From assembly GCA_020137815.1 (NCBI GenBank), contig CM035354.1, positions 5,890,001-5,954,000 of the forward strand: a stretch of DNA of 64,000 nt, given 5' to 3'. Under the pieces are notes generated by a model. The model searched no databases and was not told the DNA's origin. It saw only the letters and a list, made by a program, of their open reading frames with translations. The DNA is from Hormiphora californensis. Lineage: Eukaryota; Animalia; Ctenophora. Below, in pieces: positions 12,801 through 25,431 of this stretch (position 1 is its first letter; every line of letters begins with the position of its first letter). The translations under genes were made by a program, and so were the position numbers.

Positions 12801-15800
12801 CCAGATGAGATAGAGACTTAATTCCAGGACCTACCCCCACTAATGCGAGGACGCTGATCACTCTAGTGCCCTCGATTTTATCTCTACTCCTATTTTAAGG
12901 GTACTTATGGTTTTGGCCTCAGGCTGAAAATACAGGTACTACGCCCACCCGGAAATGAGGCCTTAGCACCCCTGAACAAATATGAACATTGGTTGGAATC
13001 GATAGAAGTGACCCTTAGGAGTACATTTGAGGTGGAAATCCTTTGTAACAATTTTTTTTGTGGTTGAGGCAAAAATTTTAGTTAAATCACCTTATGACGC
13101 CATCAGCTGCAGCAATAAGGAGGGAATAAGGATCAGGACGCGCGCAAAATTTCTCCTACTCTCAACATCGCGCCCTACGCAAAGTCAGAGAAAATCTCTA
13201 TTAAAAACTTTGAGGAGACACGAGGAGGAAAAGAAGAGGAACTATATGGACCGGGTAATTCAGGTTGAGAAGGCCACCTTCACACCTGTAGTATTCTCCA
13301 CTTCTGGTGCAATGGGTGATGACGCGGATAGACTGTACAAACAAATTGCAAAAAGTCTCAGTGCCCGAAACAAAAACACCTATGCTGATACTATTCGATA
13401 CATCAGACAAAGGCTAGCTGTTTGCCTGTTGAAGACGACCATCATCAGTCTTAGAGGATACCGAGGAAGGCGTCCATGTCGAGTTGATGACAGTGTGGAT
13501 TACAACCTGCTCTATCTGTAGAGGAAGAAGACATAAATTTGATTGTTATTCTTTTTTAATAATTTTTCCCCCCAAAAAAAAAATTATAATTTGGAGATGA
13601 ACGTCGAAGTGGCCGTTCGTTCAGTGCGTTTCTACGCGACAGTGCTCCTTCATAAAACACTTTATGTGCCCAAAGCTGTAAAGCTGTTGCTCAAACTTTT
13701 TGAACTTCCAGTGGAAGTTTGTTAATACTTTCGAATGACCTTTAACATGCCAGTCCCCATAGTTACCAATTCAGTTGCCATGGCAACCGTGTTTTTGACG
13801 TTGAAAGGGGCGAAAAGAACCACCCGGCGAAGCCGGGTGGGTTTTCAAAATGCCCTTACTTGAGGCGCACCCAATGGGTGCGCTAGTCTCTATTATAATT
13901 TGGAGATGAACGTCGAAGTCGTTCGTTCAGTGCGTTTCTACGCGACAGTGCTCCTTCATAAAACACTTCATATGACTAAAGCTGTATAAGCTGTCATTCA
14001 CACTTTGGAACTTCCAGTGGAAGTTTGTTAATATTTTCGAATGACTTTTAACATGTCAGTCCCCATAGTTACCAATTCAGTTGCCATGGCAACCGTTTTA
14101 TAGACGTTGAAAGGGGCAAAAAGAACCACCCGGCGAAGCCGGGTGGGTTATCGAAAAGCCCTTACTTGAGGCGCACCCAATGGGTGCGCTAGTCAACTAA
14201 AAAGCATATAATAAATTAATTCATGGTCTTGATAATTCTTCTTATCCTCTTCATATTTACTTCACGTAACAAGCTCAGTGCAAGCTAGGTTGGCGATGGT
14301 GATCTTCCTCCGATTTCCTCTCAAGGCTATGAGGCATGTCCTCAGTAGTGAGAACCGTAACCTCGTTCTGAGGTGAGCCATGACCTCAGCGTATGGTTCT
14401 CCTGTTCTTGTTGAGATTCGGGATGAGAGTGTCTTCAAGACTTTGTGAAACTCATTAGCTATCCCACCCGCTGTGTTCATGACCAATGGAGAAAATTTCC
14501 CTCCTTCAACTTCTCGAACCCGTTTACCGTATGATACCTACGCAAAGTAAGAAAGTTCGAATCCCGGATCGACTCTACTTTTACTCAGGCACGTGCCGAC
14601 GCTGCTGTAAATGCACCAGGGGCTGTGGACAAAACAAATGATCAATGAATTATGGTGAAAGACATGGGATACCATGCGGTAATGCAGTACCTATAATAAT
14701 AATAGGGTCGGGTGTGTAATTTTAGCCGGTTTTCTGTGAGTGTAAAACACTGATACTGGCCTCTTTCAGTGCAGATACGTTAATACAGATGCGTCCCTGT
14801 TGATTCTCTCTCTCTATCTCTATTCAGTATCCCTCTGTCTCTGTCACTGCCTCTGTCTCTGTCTCTATCTATCTCTCTGTCTCTGTCTCTGTCTCCCCTC
14901 TCTTTCTTTCTGTCCATTAGCTACTTATTACCTACATTTCAGCACCTATTTTGCTGCCTGGCACGGTACTGCTAAGTTTAGAACATCAGTTGCTTTTTTG
15001 CCATCTACCTATCTACAATTTCAACCTTTGCCATATTAACGAACATTTGATTTGACCACATTTGTTTTACGCTCTATTTGATTTGACAACCGTCTAACTT
15101 CTTCAGTAGTACATAATGGAAGAGCTAATACCGATTGAAGAGCTAATACCGATGACAGATGGATTACAACCGATGTCTTTGCGACCCCAAATGATCGCTA
15201 TAAACCCATTTGGTGACCATCTAAAAATAGAAGACGAGATAATACTCCGACCGATAACCGAGGAGCCTTTTGAGAAAATGGCAATAAACCCGCTAGGTGG
15301 GAAACTCCAAATACCTCAAAATGCCAGCACGGGATACGAAAGTGATGGTTTTCAGTATCGGAGGTTCTACATCTCTCAAGTTGTAATTATACCATCTCTT
15401 GTCATGATGGTGGTATTCTCTCTACTGCTTACTGTATGTAATTCTGAGACATCTGAGGGGTGTTTTGAAGCTTGTATCTATCAGTGATCTACTATGCTCT
15501 CTCGATCCTTTTCTTCGCCTCTCAGATTATATGGATGATATTCTCAGACATGGTAAGAGCTGTATAACACTCGATCTTATGTACAGAGCTAGTACCTACT
15601 GCAGCTCGAGGGAGAGTCCGTGTGTGTGTGTGTACTGTGTTTTTGATTAAAAACATGTTTTCCAAAATTGAACAGCCGGTCTAAACCCCCCTGTAGCGTG
15701 ACATTCAACTATCTTATTAGCATGTACTGAATGTAACACATTGACTCAATATACGGGCATTATTGTCAACGGCCACCAACTACACATTCTATGAAACTTT

Positions 15801-18800
15801 CATAAGCAGACTCATGATACGTCACTAGATACGTCACTAGCATACGTCACATCACATTTACTATATTGCCTCACTCATTCTGAATGCTGGCATAATAGCA
15901 GGATATTATTCAGACAGGGATCACTAGTGAGGCCCCCCCCCCCCTAACTGAATGAATGGAATGTGTGTGTGTGTCTGCCACCTGGATCATACTAAAAAGC
16001 TACAGCTGCTATAACACAACACCCCCCTCATGAGTCATTCATAATGTATACAGCAGCAGCTGCCTTTTTACAGAGCCATACTGAGGACAAATGAGCCAAA
16101 TATACTCTACATTGTTATACATGAGTGGATGAGAGACAGCTTGTGTTATAGACTCGTGTATCACATACGTTATTATTAGAAAGAGTTCTAAGATATAAAT
16201 GCGTTGTAAATAGCTTTGTTTTTCAGCTGTCGGCAGATTGGGAATGTCAAAGTTGGCAGAATAAGATTGTGGAATCTCTCGTTCTTACTGGTAAGGAGCT
16301 ATAATGTGTGTTGGTTGGGTTGGTTGGTATGAGCGGCTGGTGATTTGGTTGTCCTACACTGACTGTACAGTGTACACCGCGCAACCTCGCCGAAGAGGAG
16401 GGTCTCATATGAGACAATGATTTGGGGGCCTTGTTAGAGGCTCTCCTGTTGACCATGAGAGGCTTCCCTGGTTTGGGATTTGCCGCCGCTGGGGGGTTAG
16501 ATTGCGCACGTGAGTGACTTCGGGGGTGAACTTGCTTACCACCGAGAGTTCGATTTGCCCTGGGGCGTCTCGGTGGGTTTGTAGTGAGTTGGTTTGTAAG
16601 CCTTACAATGTAAGGAATGTGTAAATCCCCCTACCATGGTTCCTAGATCCTATTCTAGTATTCAGGACATCGTCCCCAGCACCCTCCCTCTTACCCAATA
16701 CACATTCCCCTCCGGGTATCCTACTCGTGCCCCTTCCCTCTCATCTATTATCCCCCTCCAGGTTTCCTACTCGACCCCCCTATCACCCATCCCCCCTCCG
16801 GGTATCCTACTCGTGCCCCTTCCCTCTCATCTATTATCCCCCTCCAGGTTTCCTACTCGACCCCCCTATCGCCCATGCCCCCTCCGGGTATGCCTACTCG
16901 TGCCCCTTGGCCCTTCCCTCTCATCTATTATCCCTATTCAGGTATCCTCCTGCCGGCAATGTCAGTCCTGGTAGTGACTGTGATCCGAGTTCCTCTTCCT
17001 ACTAAACCCATTCCACTGGAGAGATATCATCTGTTACAGAAACCAGATCCTCGCCTTCATCCTAGTCACCCTGCTAACCTTCCTCCTGGGCAGTATGCCC
17101 CTAATAGGACTGTGTGAGCTGGAAGAAGTGGGAGGGGAATGTGTTATGAAGAAAACTCTCTCCGCACAGTGTGTGGCATGTTTTGCCACAACACTCGGTT
17201 TAGGGTTGGTTGTTCCTAAGGCATCCGTGTTTGTTCTCTACTTCATGATCTATGGGGTGGTACGGAAGGCACGAGAGAGCAAGAAGAGTCTGTCTACACG
17301 GAGTACTCTGTTGAGTGGAACTGGAAGTGGTAGTGGTAGTGAAAGGGTTAGAACAGAGCGAGAATCATTTCCCTGGTCAATCCTGGTAATTCTCTCACTC
17401 AATGTTTTGTCAGCCGTACCCTGGGTTGTACTGCTCGGGTTCCCGGAATATCTCTATGGATCAGAGAAATCAGAAACCTCATATCTATTACTAGATATCC
17501 TGTACTCAACACTGCTGATATCAATAGCAGTTAGCCCCTTGGCGTATCTGTTGACAACAGCTGTGGTGAGACAACAAACTTGGGACTCAATTAAAGGGTG
17601 CTTCTCTTGCTGTAAATCATCGTGAAGAAGAAGGAACCCTCATCATTAGATCGGAGAATTGGTCTGACAGGGATCAGTTGAGGTGGATAGCGTTACAGAC
17701 TAATGACATGCAGTAATGATACTGGATCATGGAGTAATTTCATATTCTCCCCCCGGAGCTATCTATCGAGGATTATATTACTGACACATTGAAACAATAA
17801 GACAATACGCAGTGAACATCTGAAATGACTCATCATTTTGTTGATAAAATGAATGATCAATTCAATTACAAATGTATTTCTTACTTTTATTCCAACCTAT
17901 AATTCACGCAGAATTAAGTTTGACAGCCAACCGGGGTAAATATTTGGTAACGAAGTTACCCCTCCCTTGCCGGCGCGGCGTGCGAAGCACGCCAAACGAA
18001 GGCCGCGAAGCGGCCTGAGTGTGAGGTGTCTTCGATACCAAGGTAAATATATCATTTTAAACTGTTTAGCTTGGCAAGTGTATGGTAATGCGAGAGCCCT
18101 ATCATGCATAATCGAATTTGGATATCCTAATGCCCAGAGAGAGGTCTTGAGCTCTTTTTCAAGGGGGAGGGATAGAGGGAGATAAAGTAAACATTAGATC
18201 ACCCCTGCCACACGTCACAGACCAACCAACCAATAGTAGTTGAACCATAATTAGTGTAGTCACGTGACTCTTCCTATCACGTGATATACCGTAGTAGTAG
18301 TCAGCGGTTACCAGAGACTGCACTAAGCGGCGTCAGTTAACCTGATACTCTGGAGCCGTCGCTGACCGCTGTCCCTTTCTCTCTATTATAGACCCCATAT
18401 CTCTAACTTCCCCTCTCTCTTTCTCCCACTCCCCCTCTCTCTTTCTCCCACTCCCCTCTCTCTTCTCTTACATCCTGATCGTCCCAAGCTAAGTCTCTCG
18501 GAGAGATGAAAGTGAAAGGGTAGACTCACTGATCCTTTCACTTTCACTTTCATTTTGCTCCGATCTATGATTTAGTTTCACTTTCGCCTTGCAGATTTTC
18601 ATTATTTTCACTTTCATTATATCATTGATGACGTAAGACCCAGTCCCACATATTCTGCATAACATGCTTCGGATATTTACTTTCACTTTCATCTTGCCCC
18701 TGCCTGAATATGCCCCGATCGGACTTCCTTCGAAGCTATTTATAACTCGCTTAGATGGCACCGTTTCATACCCAAATATGGTCACAAAAACATGCCCCCT

Positions 18801-21800
18801 TATAGCCAGTCTCACGTGCCGTTGAGAGAGAAGAATCCTGGCTCGTGACTGATGGGGCACCGGCGTGATATGATCAGACAATTCTTGCCCAGAGAAAAGC
18901 TTATAATGAAAGAAAATGTGACGTTTGATTTCATGATCTGTCTAGGTTTCTCAGTTCTCTAACATTCTAGAACAAGATATGAAGAACAATATATGGATCA
19001 TGTGGGTGAGTATGAAAATCTTCTTACAATCGCACAATGTGTGTGTGGGTCTATAACAGTGCTGTACAGGGGAGCTCATTGCATGAGAAATGTGTCGTCA
19101 CAATAGTAAAGCTTGTTGTTGGTCGAAAGTATTACACTTCTCTGTGTTATGGCATGCATGGTATAATTGTACACACATGAACACATGATCAGCGGCCCAT
19201 CCTTCTAATATTTCATTCACGGTCACCATTACTTATTCAATCTGTTTCATTCTCAGTAGGTGTGTTCAGGGGGTGTTATATTCAGCACCCCTGAACAGAG
19301 TCAGCACCCACCACCCCTAACCAGAACGGCAGAACACTATGATCCCACATTCTACCCCACCCCGGTGTCACTAATACAACATAACATACCAGCACATGGT
19401 GAGGCAGCCCCCCCCCCCCCTGAACAGAACATCCCAGCTACTACATTGTAAAACATACCAGCACATGGTGAGAAGGATCCTAATCCCATCAGGACAATCA
19501 TCAGGAATATGGAGGGAGTAGGCTCCCTTGTAGATACCAAGGTAGACTACATCCTGGCCTGCAGTATGGGATAGGGAGGGTGGTAATTAGTCTAATTAAC
19601 ATGATACAGATGGAGGGGGGATAGTGCTCAATAATAATGAAATCATGGAAATGTGAAGTGTGCACATATTGGAAATAAAGAATCCGTCCCGATATGATGA
19701 ATGATGATGAGAAAATATTACCAGGTGACTCGTGCTGTGATACTGTGTGAGTGATCTGTGAAGAACATGCCCCGCTGTGAATTGTTGTGTTGATGATCAT
19801 GTACCGTAATGATTCAGTTCCTCTCTGTAGGGGTCCTGAAGTGTTGTCATAGACCACACCACCACTGCAAAGGACCTGCAGGGGATAGGAGGGTGTCATG
19901 ATATGGTGGGAATGCAGCAGATAAAATTCTAAAGATAAAAACTCCCATGAACATTGCTCTCTGGAAACGTTATATGAGCTGATAAAACTAAAAACAGACA
20001 TAACTTGAAACTTCAGCAAGACACATAAAGCGTCAAAGCAGCATCTGTAAAACCCAAATAACGCAACACACTCACTCACTATTATAATGCATTATGTTGG
20101 GGTCGCACTGAGGGAGTTAGGGAATAAATTCGGGAAGTGCAGCTCTAAATTATTCCAAAAACTTCCATTCCGCCCGCCCCACTGAAAAATAAAGGACTGT
20201 ATACCGTTTCCAAACAGTTACTCACCAGATATCAGTTGCAGTCGAGATATAATCGGCTGCCACCATCTCCTTTGACATGTAGGCTGTCGTTCCCCGGGAT
20301 TTCGGGATAGCCACCTGCGTGAGACGTACTGATAGTTAACTCAGTGAAAAACAGTATGATTTGGCACGCGAACATGGGGGGCGCGACGTGCCTGCAACAC
20401 TCTGATACATGCGTGATGTTATATTACTATAACCTCATGATTTATATCTAAGGACTAAAGGTATGATCAATGTAATGAGTAATGAGATATAAAAATGTTT
20501 GTTACCAAGGAGGAATGATTGTTCACACACTATCAATATTCAATACACAGTTCAACTCACCTCATCTTCTCCATCTGGTATTACAAGAGCGCTCTCAAAG
20601 TCGATAATCTTCAAGTTCTTCTTAGCACTATCCAGCACCAAACTGAGAAAGAGAGATAGAAAAGGTTATTGAGGATAAACTGATCTTTTGTTGTTAGATT
20701 TTGAAAATAAATAAAGTCCCAAGAAAGACTTAAAATAAATTAAGTCCCAAGAAAGACTATTCAGCCCACTTACTTATCAGTCTTTATGTCACAGTGGATA
20801 ATGTTGTGACTATGAAGGAAAGTCAGACCACTGGCAATATCCCCCGACCACTTTATCAGCTCCGCGGGACTTATCGCATCTGTAAAGAGGGGGTGAGGTT
20901 GGATCAGACGGGAGGGCTAGGGCCTAGGGGTGTGGTATTGTTTATTATATTTTGTAGCTAGGAGGTTGGGCAGGACTCAGTCTGTCACGCAGTCACGCCA
21001 TGAGAGTCTGAACGGGTCAAGGTGTGGCCTGATCTGCCCTCACAGAGCGTGCAGTATGAGCCACACAAGGTGTGGCCATCTTGAAAAAGGGGGTTTCTCT
21101 TCATTTAGCAGTTAGCACTACAATATTGCGTGATAGTTCTGATTCAATTGCAATGGCCATTGGCCACTCCCTTAGACATAATGAAATTTCATAAATTATA
21201 GGGCCGATACTACGGTGCTGCAAGGCGTGGCCGATTTAACTTCTTAAAAACGATAGCATTTATCACGTGATCACCCCATACCACGTGACTGCCAAGGTTG
21301 GCTATCATTTTTGTGAAACTTACTTCTAGGCATTATCAGTCACGTGACATGTATCCTATCTCCTTGGTGCACGAGCCAAAAGCGACCTTGATAGCTTGCA
21401 TAATTTCTTCGTCACGTGAGAGAGAAAGAGCAGCACTGCGTAGCTGATACCCCGACACTGCTTACGTCACACTGCTTACGTCACGCTTAGACCCTGGCAG
21501 GTAGCCAACTAGCCGTTGTTTGGCAGCCTGCCCAGTGAGAAACTAACCATTGTTCTGGATGTACTGTTGCAAGGTCCCTCCTGGCAGGTACTCCATCACG
21601 TAATAACACATGTTGGGACAGTGACCACTGAGAAAAGGGAGGGACTTTGTTATTATTAATCTGGAGCTGGGAGAGAAAGGAATGAATTATATCTGGGGAT
21701 GGGAGAGAAAGGTAGACCCGATACAGATTTATCTGGTATGTAAGGAAAGAAAATGCTAGTTTGGTGACGTCAGTCTTGTGAGCTTTGTTATGAAAAGGAG

Positions 21801-23696
21801 AATATTGTGTGCAGTAGCCAAGATCAAAGAGAGGCGAAGTTTTTTGGAGGACTTTAAATTGAGATGATAAAATTTGACATCATCAATCATCATCATATGT
21901 AGTTCTGTCAGGCCAATGCTCTGACAGACAGCATTACTTGGACATTTTTTAGACGCTTACGAAGAGAAAGCGAGGGAAAGAGAGATCGACTGTCTAATAC
22001 CCCAGTAATATTTGAACACATGAGACAGAAAGAAAGGGATTGTGTGAGAAAGGACCCCATGCCGGTGATAGTTGAACGCATGAGACGGAGAGTCTAGATT
22101 AATGATTAGCAGCTTGCAGGGGGCCGGGGGTCATGATCTAATGCTCCTGCAGCTGAACAATCACACAGTTTTTAGTAACATGCTCTCTTGTTTCCACACT
22201 CAGTGCTTCTAATGTCTACACGCATAGTAATTCTCTCTACCTTCATCTACATATAATATTCAATGTTTTGATTCTCTAATGACTCTAAATCTCTATCTTA
22301 TAGCGAAGATGCTGCAATATATTAGACAGTGCTGCAGTAAAAGCTGAGAAACCCTATGTACACGCATACACACTGTTACTGAGGTAGTGTTAAGTGCAGC
22401 GTGATAAGGGTTAGGAAAAAAGTCCCTCTTTACTTTTCTGATTCTAGGGGAGGAGGGGGGTCAAACTCGGGAAGAGAGGAAGGGGTCAAACTCGGGAGGA
22501 GAGGCTTACGTACAAGATGCGGACAATGTTGTCTGGTTTCACTTTGGCAATCAACTCCAAGAGTTCTCCATTGTGTAAAGACTGGTTAACTACACACTTC
22601 ACTGCTACCTGGGGGAGGAGGAATTATAAATAATGACTTGAGATACTTGCTTTACCAAACAATACACAGCTTGTTGATACCCACAAACAAACTAACCTTA
22701 TTTCCCCTGAATTGTGCAGTTGCAACAGTCCCTTCAGTTCCTGATGAAACAAAATCTCCAACCTTCAATACCCGATCAAAATCATCCGATAACAAATACG
22801 GGTTGAGATCTGAACGCAGGGGAATTAGAATTAAACATTTATTAATTTTGAAAATAAATAACCTTTTAAAATAGAAGTAGACTTACAGTTTTTAACACTA
22901 GTTGACACAGTCTGCATACACCCGAAGGACAGTAATGTCTCAATGTAGGACGCTCTGCTTGTTGATGTAGTCGGGGGAGTCTGAATTTCCACATCGATAT
23001 CAGAGGGGTAGGTTGTGTCATGTGGCTGCTCCTGTAAAAACAAAACCAGATGTTAACAAACCATTCGTAGAAAAACAAATTACTCGTAGAGACACAAATC
23101 ATTCATAGAAAAACAAAACTACCACAAAGGCAAAACGTTACCTTGTTCCAGACAAAACAAACTCAAGACACTCAAAGGCAAGTCGTTACCTTGTTCCAGA
23201 CCAAACCAAACTCAAGAATCTCTCAAAGGCAAAACGTTACCTGATCCAGCTTAACATCAACCTTAGAATTTGATTTAGGCCAGGAGTAGTGTGATACCCC
23301 TGTCGACGCCGTGCGGCTCTCGCCGCTCGGTGTCGCCAGTGGTTGACCACGGTCTTCCTGGAGCGTCTGAAGTAACATGCTCTGCATAAACTGATTGGTG
23401 GGTGGCCTTGCTACGGCGGAGTGGAGGACGTGCTGGGGCGCCTAATAAGCGTGTTCAGTGCGGCCTCTACTACTTTCGGGCAGGTCATCCTCCAGACGCA
23501 GCAATCACAAACAAACAAAACAAACAAACAAATAATTTGAAAAATGTAAATTTACCGTTATCGTTGTGTCGAATATCGTGGATGAATTAAAGCCGGTAAT
23601 AGTAATATCGGCTCCATCAATAGCTGCTGAGGAGTCATGTCGACCCTCTGTCATGTAGGCCGAATCTGCTGCATAGCTCCTCTCCAATCTCTCCAT
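9842..23696 (-). CDS. Divergent TKL-group protein kinase, DLK/LZK (MAP3K12/13)-like, with C-terminal coiled coil
   Basis: About 15 exons reassemble to VSSGTEGTV..VAVK..VMEYLPGGTL..IIHCDIKTDN..KIIDFES..GTTAYMSKE..TDIWSFAVVVW..LHIPDDCPDGIRILLTMCW|NPHPEARP..EESYRASQMSWR. The last part resembles the DLK/LZK post-kinase segment. A 7.5-kb intron spans about 11950-19458. Terminal exons are less certain. Confidence 0.8.
12118..13060. mobile_element. Foldback / long inverted-repeat element (about 445-bp arms, about 50-bp spacer)
   Basis: 12118-12566 is the near-perfect reverse complement of 12617-13060. Confidence 0.9.
13186..13560 (+). mobile_element. 3' fragment of a CRE-like RLE non-LTR retrotransposon
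   Basis: RRHEEEKKRNY..VEKATFTPVVFSTSGAMG..YIRQRLAVCLLKTTIISLRGYR, typical of the C-terminus of CRE-clade endonuclease domains. Confidence 0.75.
13583..14192 (+). mobile_element. Head-to-tail dimer of a 305-bp non-autonomous Helitron
   Basis: Two copies (13583-13886, 13887-14192). Each ends in hairpins cacccggcgaagccgggtg and gcgcacccaatgggtgcgc followed by CTAG. The junction reads CTAG|TC. Confidence 0.75.
14200..14536 (-). mobile_element. 3' fragment of a second, different CRE-like retrotransposon
   Basis: YGKRVREVEGGKFSPLVMNTAGGIA..YAEVMAHLRTRLRFSLLRTCLIALRGNR. Confidence 0.75.
14549..14705 (+). mobile_element. Possible 5'-truncated tRNA-derived SINE
   Basis: B-box-like gttcgaatcc near 14555 and a (taa)n tail near 14693-14704; no A box seen. 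Confidence 0.35.
15116..17625 (+). CDS. Rhodopsin-like 7TM GPCR nested antisense in the kinase intron (3 apparent 1-bp frameshifts)
   Basis: Exons at about 15116-15551, 16227-16290 (LSADWECQSWQNKIVESLVLT) and 16942-17625. Seven hydrophobic segments, TVIRF at the TM3 end, AVSPLAYLL in TM7. The frame must be shifted near 15430, 15470 and 16989. Confidence 0.75.
16706..16941 (+). repeat. Tandem duplication (unit about 87 bp) of the splice-acceptor region
   Basis: cccttccctctcatctattatccc..cag|gt occurs three times; the last copy is the acceptor that gives an in-frame join. Confidence 0.85.
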
Positions 23697-24558
23697 GTTT
23701 CATATCACACACTAAATAAATACAAGATTTAGGATGGGAATATGATGAATAAAGGAATAATGCTTGTTTTGTTCAAACGGGGAAGGAGGGTCGAACAAGG
23801 CAAAATAATGCAAATGTTTGGCAAATGAAGGGGTAATAAAAATGCAAAAATTTCCGGGTAAATCAGGGTCTGACTGTATTTCTACTTTCGACTGGGTTTT
23901 ACTAAAACTTTTGGCATCGATGGAAAATATAAATGCTAATTCTATCTAGACACCAAAGAAGGCTGGAGGTATTCTTATTCCTTTTTTAGAAAGGTCAGTT
24001 GACAGACATGCAATAATGTCTCACCTCCCTGAAAATGGTAAGAGGCTAGCACTAGTTTGACAATTGACGGTTCATATTTAGGTATATACCCTGCTAACTT
24101 AAATAATGCGCCAGTGGCGAGAAGTCCCACTAGCGCGCTCTCGATAACCAGCCAGTCCAGCGGCAGATTATTTCCCACTGGCAGGTTATTTATTTTTAAC
24201 TCCTATGTTACATTCAAAGTGTGTGTAAATGATCAGTTCTTACTGAAATACAGAGGGAACACTGTTTGGAAGAGTTACACACTAAATTGGAGAGAAAGAA
24301 ACAACACATTCCGTCAATTACTCTCTCTTTATCTTCCCTTTTGTTTCACTATCTCAATTCCTCTGTGTTATGTCTGGCATGCCCCATATCTTGTTATTTC
24401 TTTCTCTCTCTCCTTAGTAACTGTTACCAAACAATGTACACTCAATTGAGAGATGTTTTTGACTGTTTCTCAGTTCTCTTTGTGTGTTTTGATTAGTGTT
24501 CTCTCTCTTGTTAGTGTGTAATACTTGTAACAAACAACTAAAGCAGGGTATATAACCT

Positions 24559-24744
24559 ATAAACTCTTGCCACAGACGCGTTATAGGTTTAAACCCCTCC
24601 GCCTCTCCCTCGGCTACGCCTCGGGATCGTCGTCGTGATTTAAACCAGTTTATCCGCCAGTGGCGGATAAACTACAGCTACCTTCTCCCAGCGGCGCGCT
24701 GGGAGAAAGGTATCTGAAATAACGCGCCACTGGCAAGAGTTTAT
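24559..24744. mobile_element. Palindromic MITE-like element with nested hairpins
   Basis: TIRs ataaactcttgcca / tggcaagagtttat; internal palindromes agtttatccgccagtggcggataaact and ttctcccagcggcgcgctgggagaa. Confidence 0.6.
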
Positions 24745-25153
24745 GCCTCATATATATTGGAAATAAGGAGGCTAGGAGGAAATAAGCAAAAGACATTATT
24801 AAGACAACGTGGTCAAAATTTACATGAGTTGGGTACAGCTGAACAGCGTTTTGCACTAAAAAAAGAAAAAAAAAGGGAACAGTATTGCACTAACCATTAT
24901 GATGTGATTGGTCAATGCATTACAATGTTCATCCAACGCGATATGTCGTGATGTTCGTAGTCCTATCTGTGCGCGCCGCGCCGTTTAGTACACGGCGCGG
25001 CGTGTACTCTCCCTAATTCCCGCGCGCGCCGTCAGAAATTGGTTTCACTTGAGGCCCGTTTTCGCCGATAACCCTACTGCAAGTTGAGTCGCGGCTTTTT
25101 TTTTTACTTTTTGAGAATTTTTTGTTAATCGCGAAATGTTTCTTTCCTGTTGT

Positions 25154-25278
25154 CTAAAGTCCGTTTCAAGCGACTTGACCCGTAATTCTTGGAATTTGGC
25201 GCATTGCGCGTGTATTTACAAAGGGGAAATCCTGAATTTCCAGGAATCTCAGGTCAAGTCGTTTGAAACGCACTTTAG
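25154..25278. mobile_element. Short inverted-repeat element upstream of PTPDC1
   Basis: ctaaagtccgtttcaagcgacttgacc..ggaattt pairs with aatttccagg..ggtcaagtcgtttgaaacgcactttag. Confidence 0.6.
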
Positions 25279-25431
25279 CTCACTCCCAGGCATTTGATCT
25301 TGCCTCACAGCCCGTATTTATCCGACTATCACTTTATAATGTGACTTTCCGCTAGGCGTATGTCTCAGTCAAACTTTCAGGATTTTAGTACGGCTGGATT
25401 TTAGTCACCAGTAGATGGACTGGGGTAGGGG

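Noticed and set aside
13027-13185. 5' part of the 164-aa ORF as retrotransposon coding sequence
   Set aside because: It begins inside the foldback arm, and CRE similarity only starts around 13186
14549-14580. tRNA gene
   Set aside because: Only a B-box-like motif is present, with no cloverleaf or A box
16247-16560. Open minus-strand frame that could be a doubly nested exon
   Set aside because: No recognisable homology or partner exons; the kinase splices in phase without it, and it overlaps a plus-strand GPCR exon
16666-16715. Candidate middle exon of the nested GPCR
   Set aside because: 16227-16290 fits both phases and supplies the conserved Cys before TM3; this stretch borders the decoy repeat
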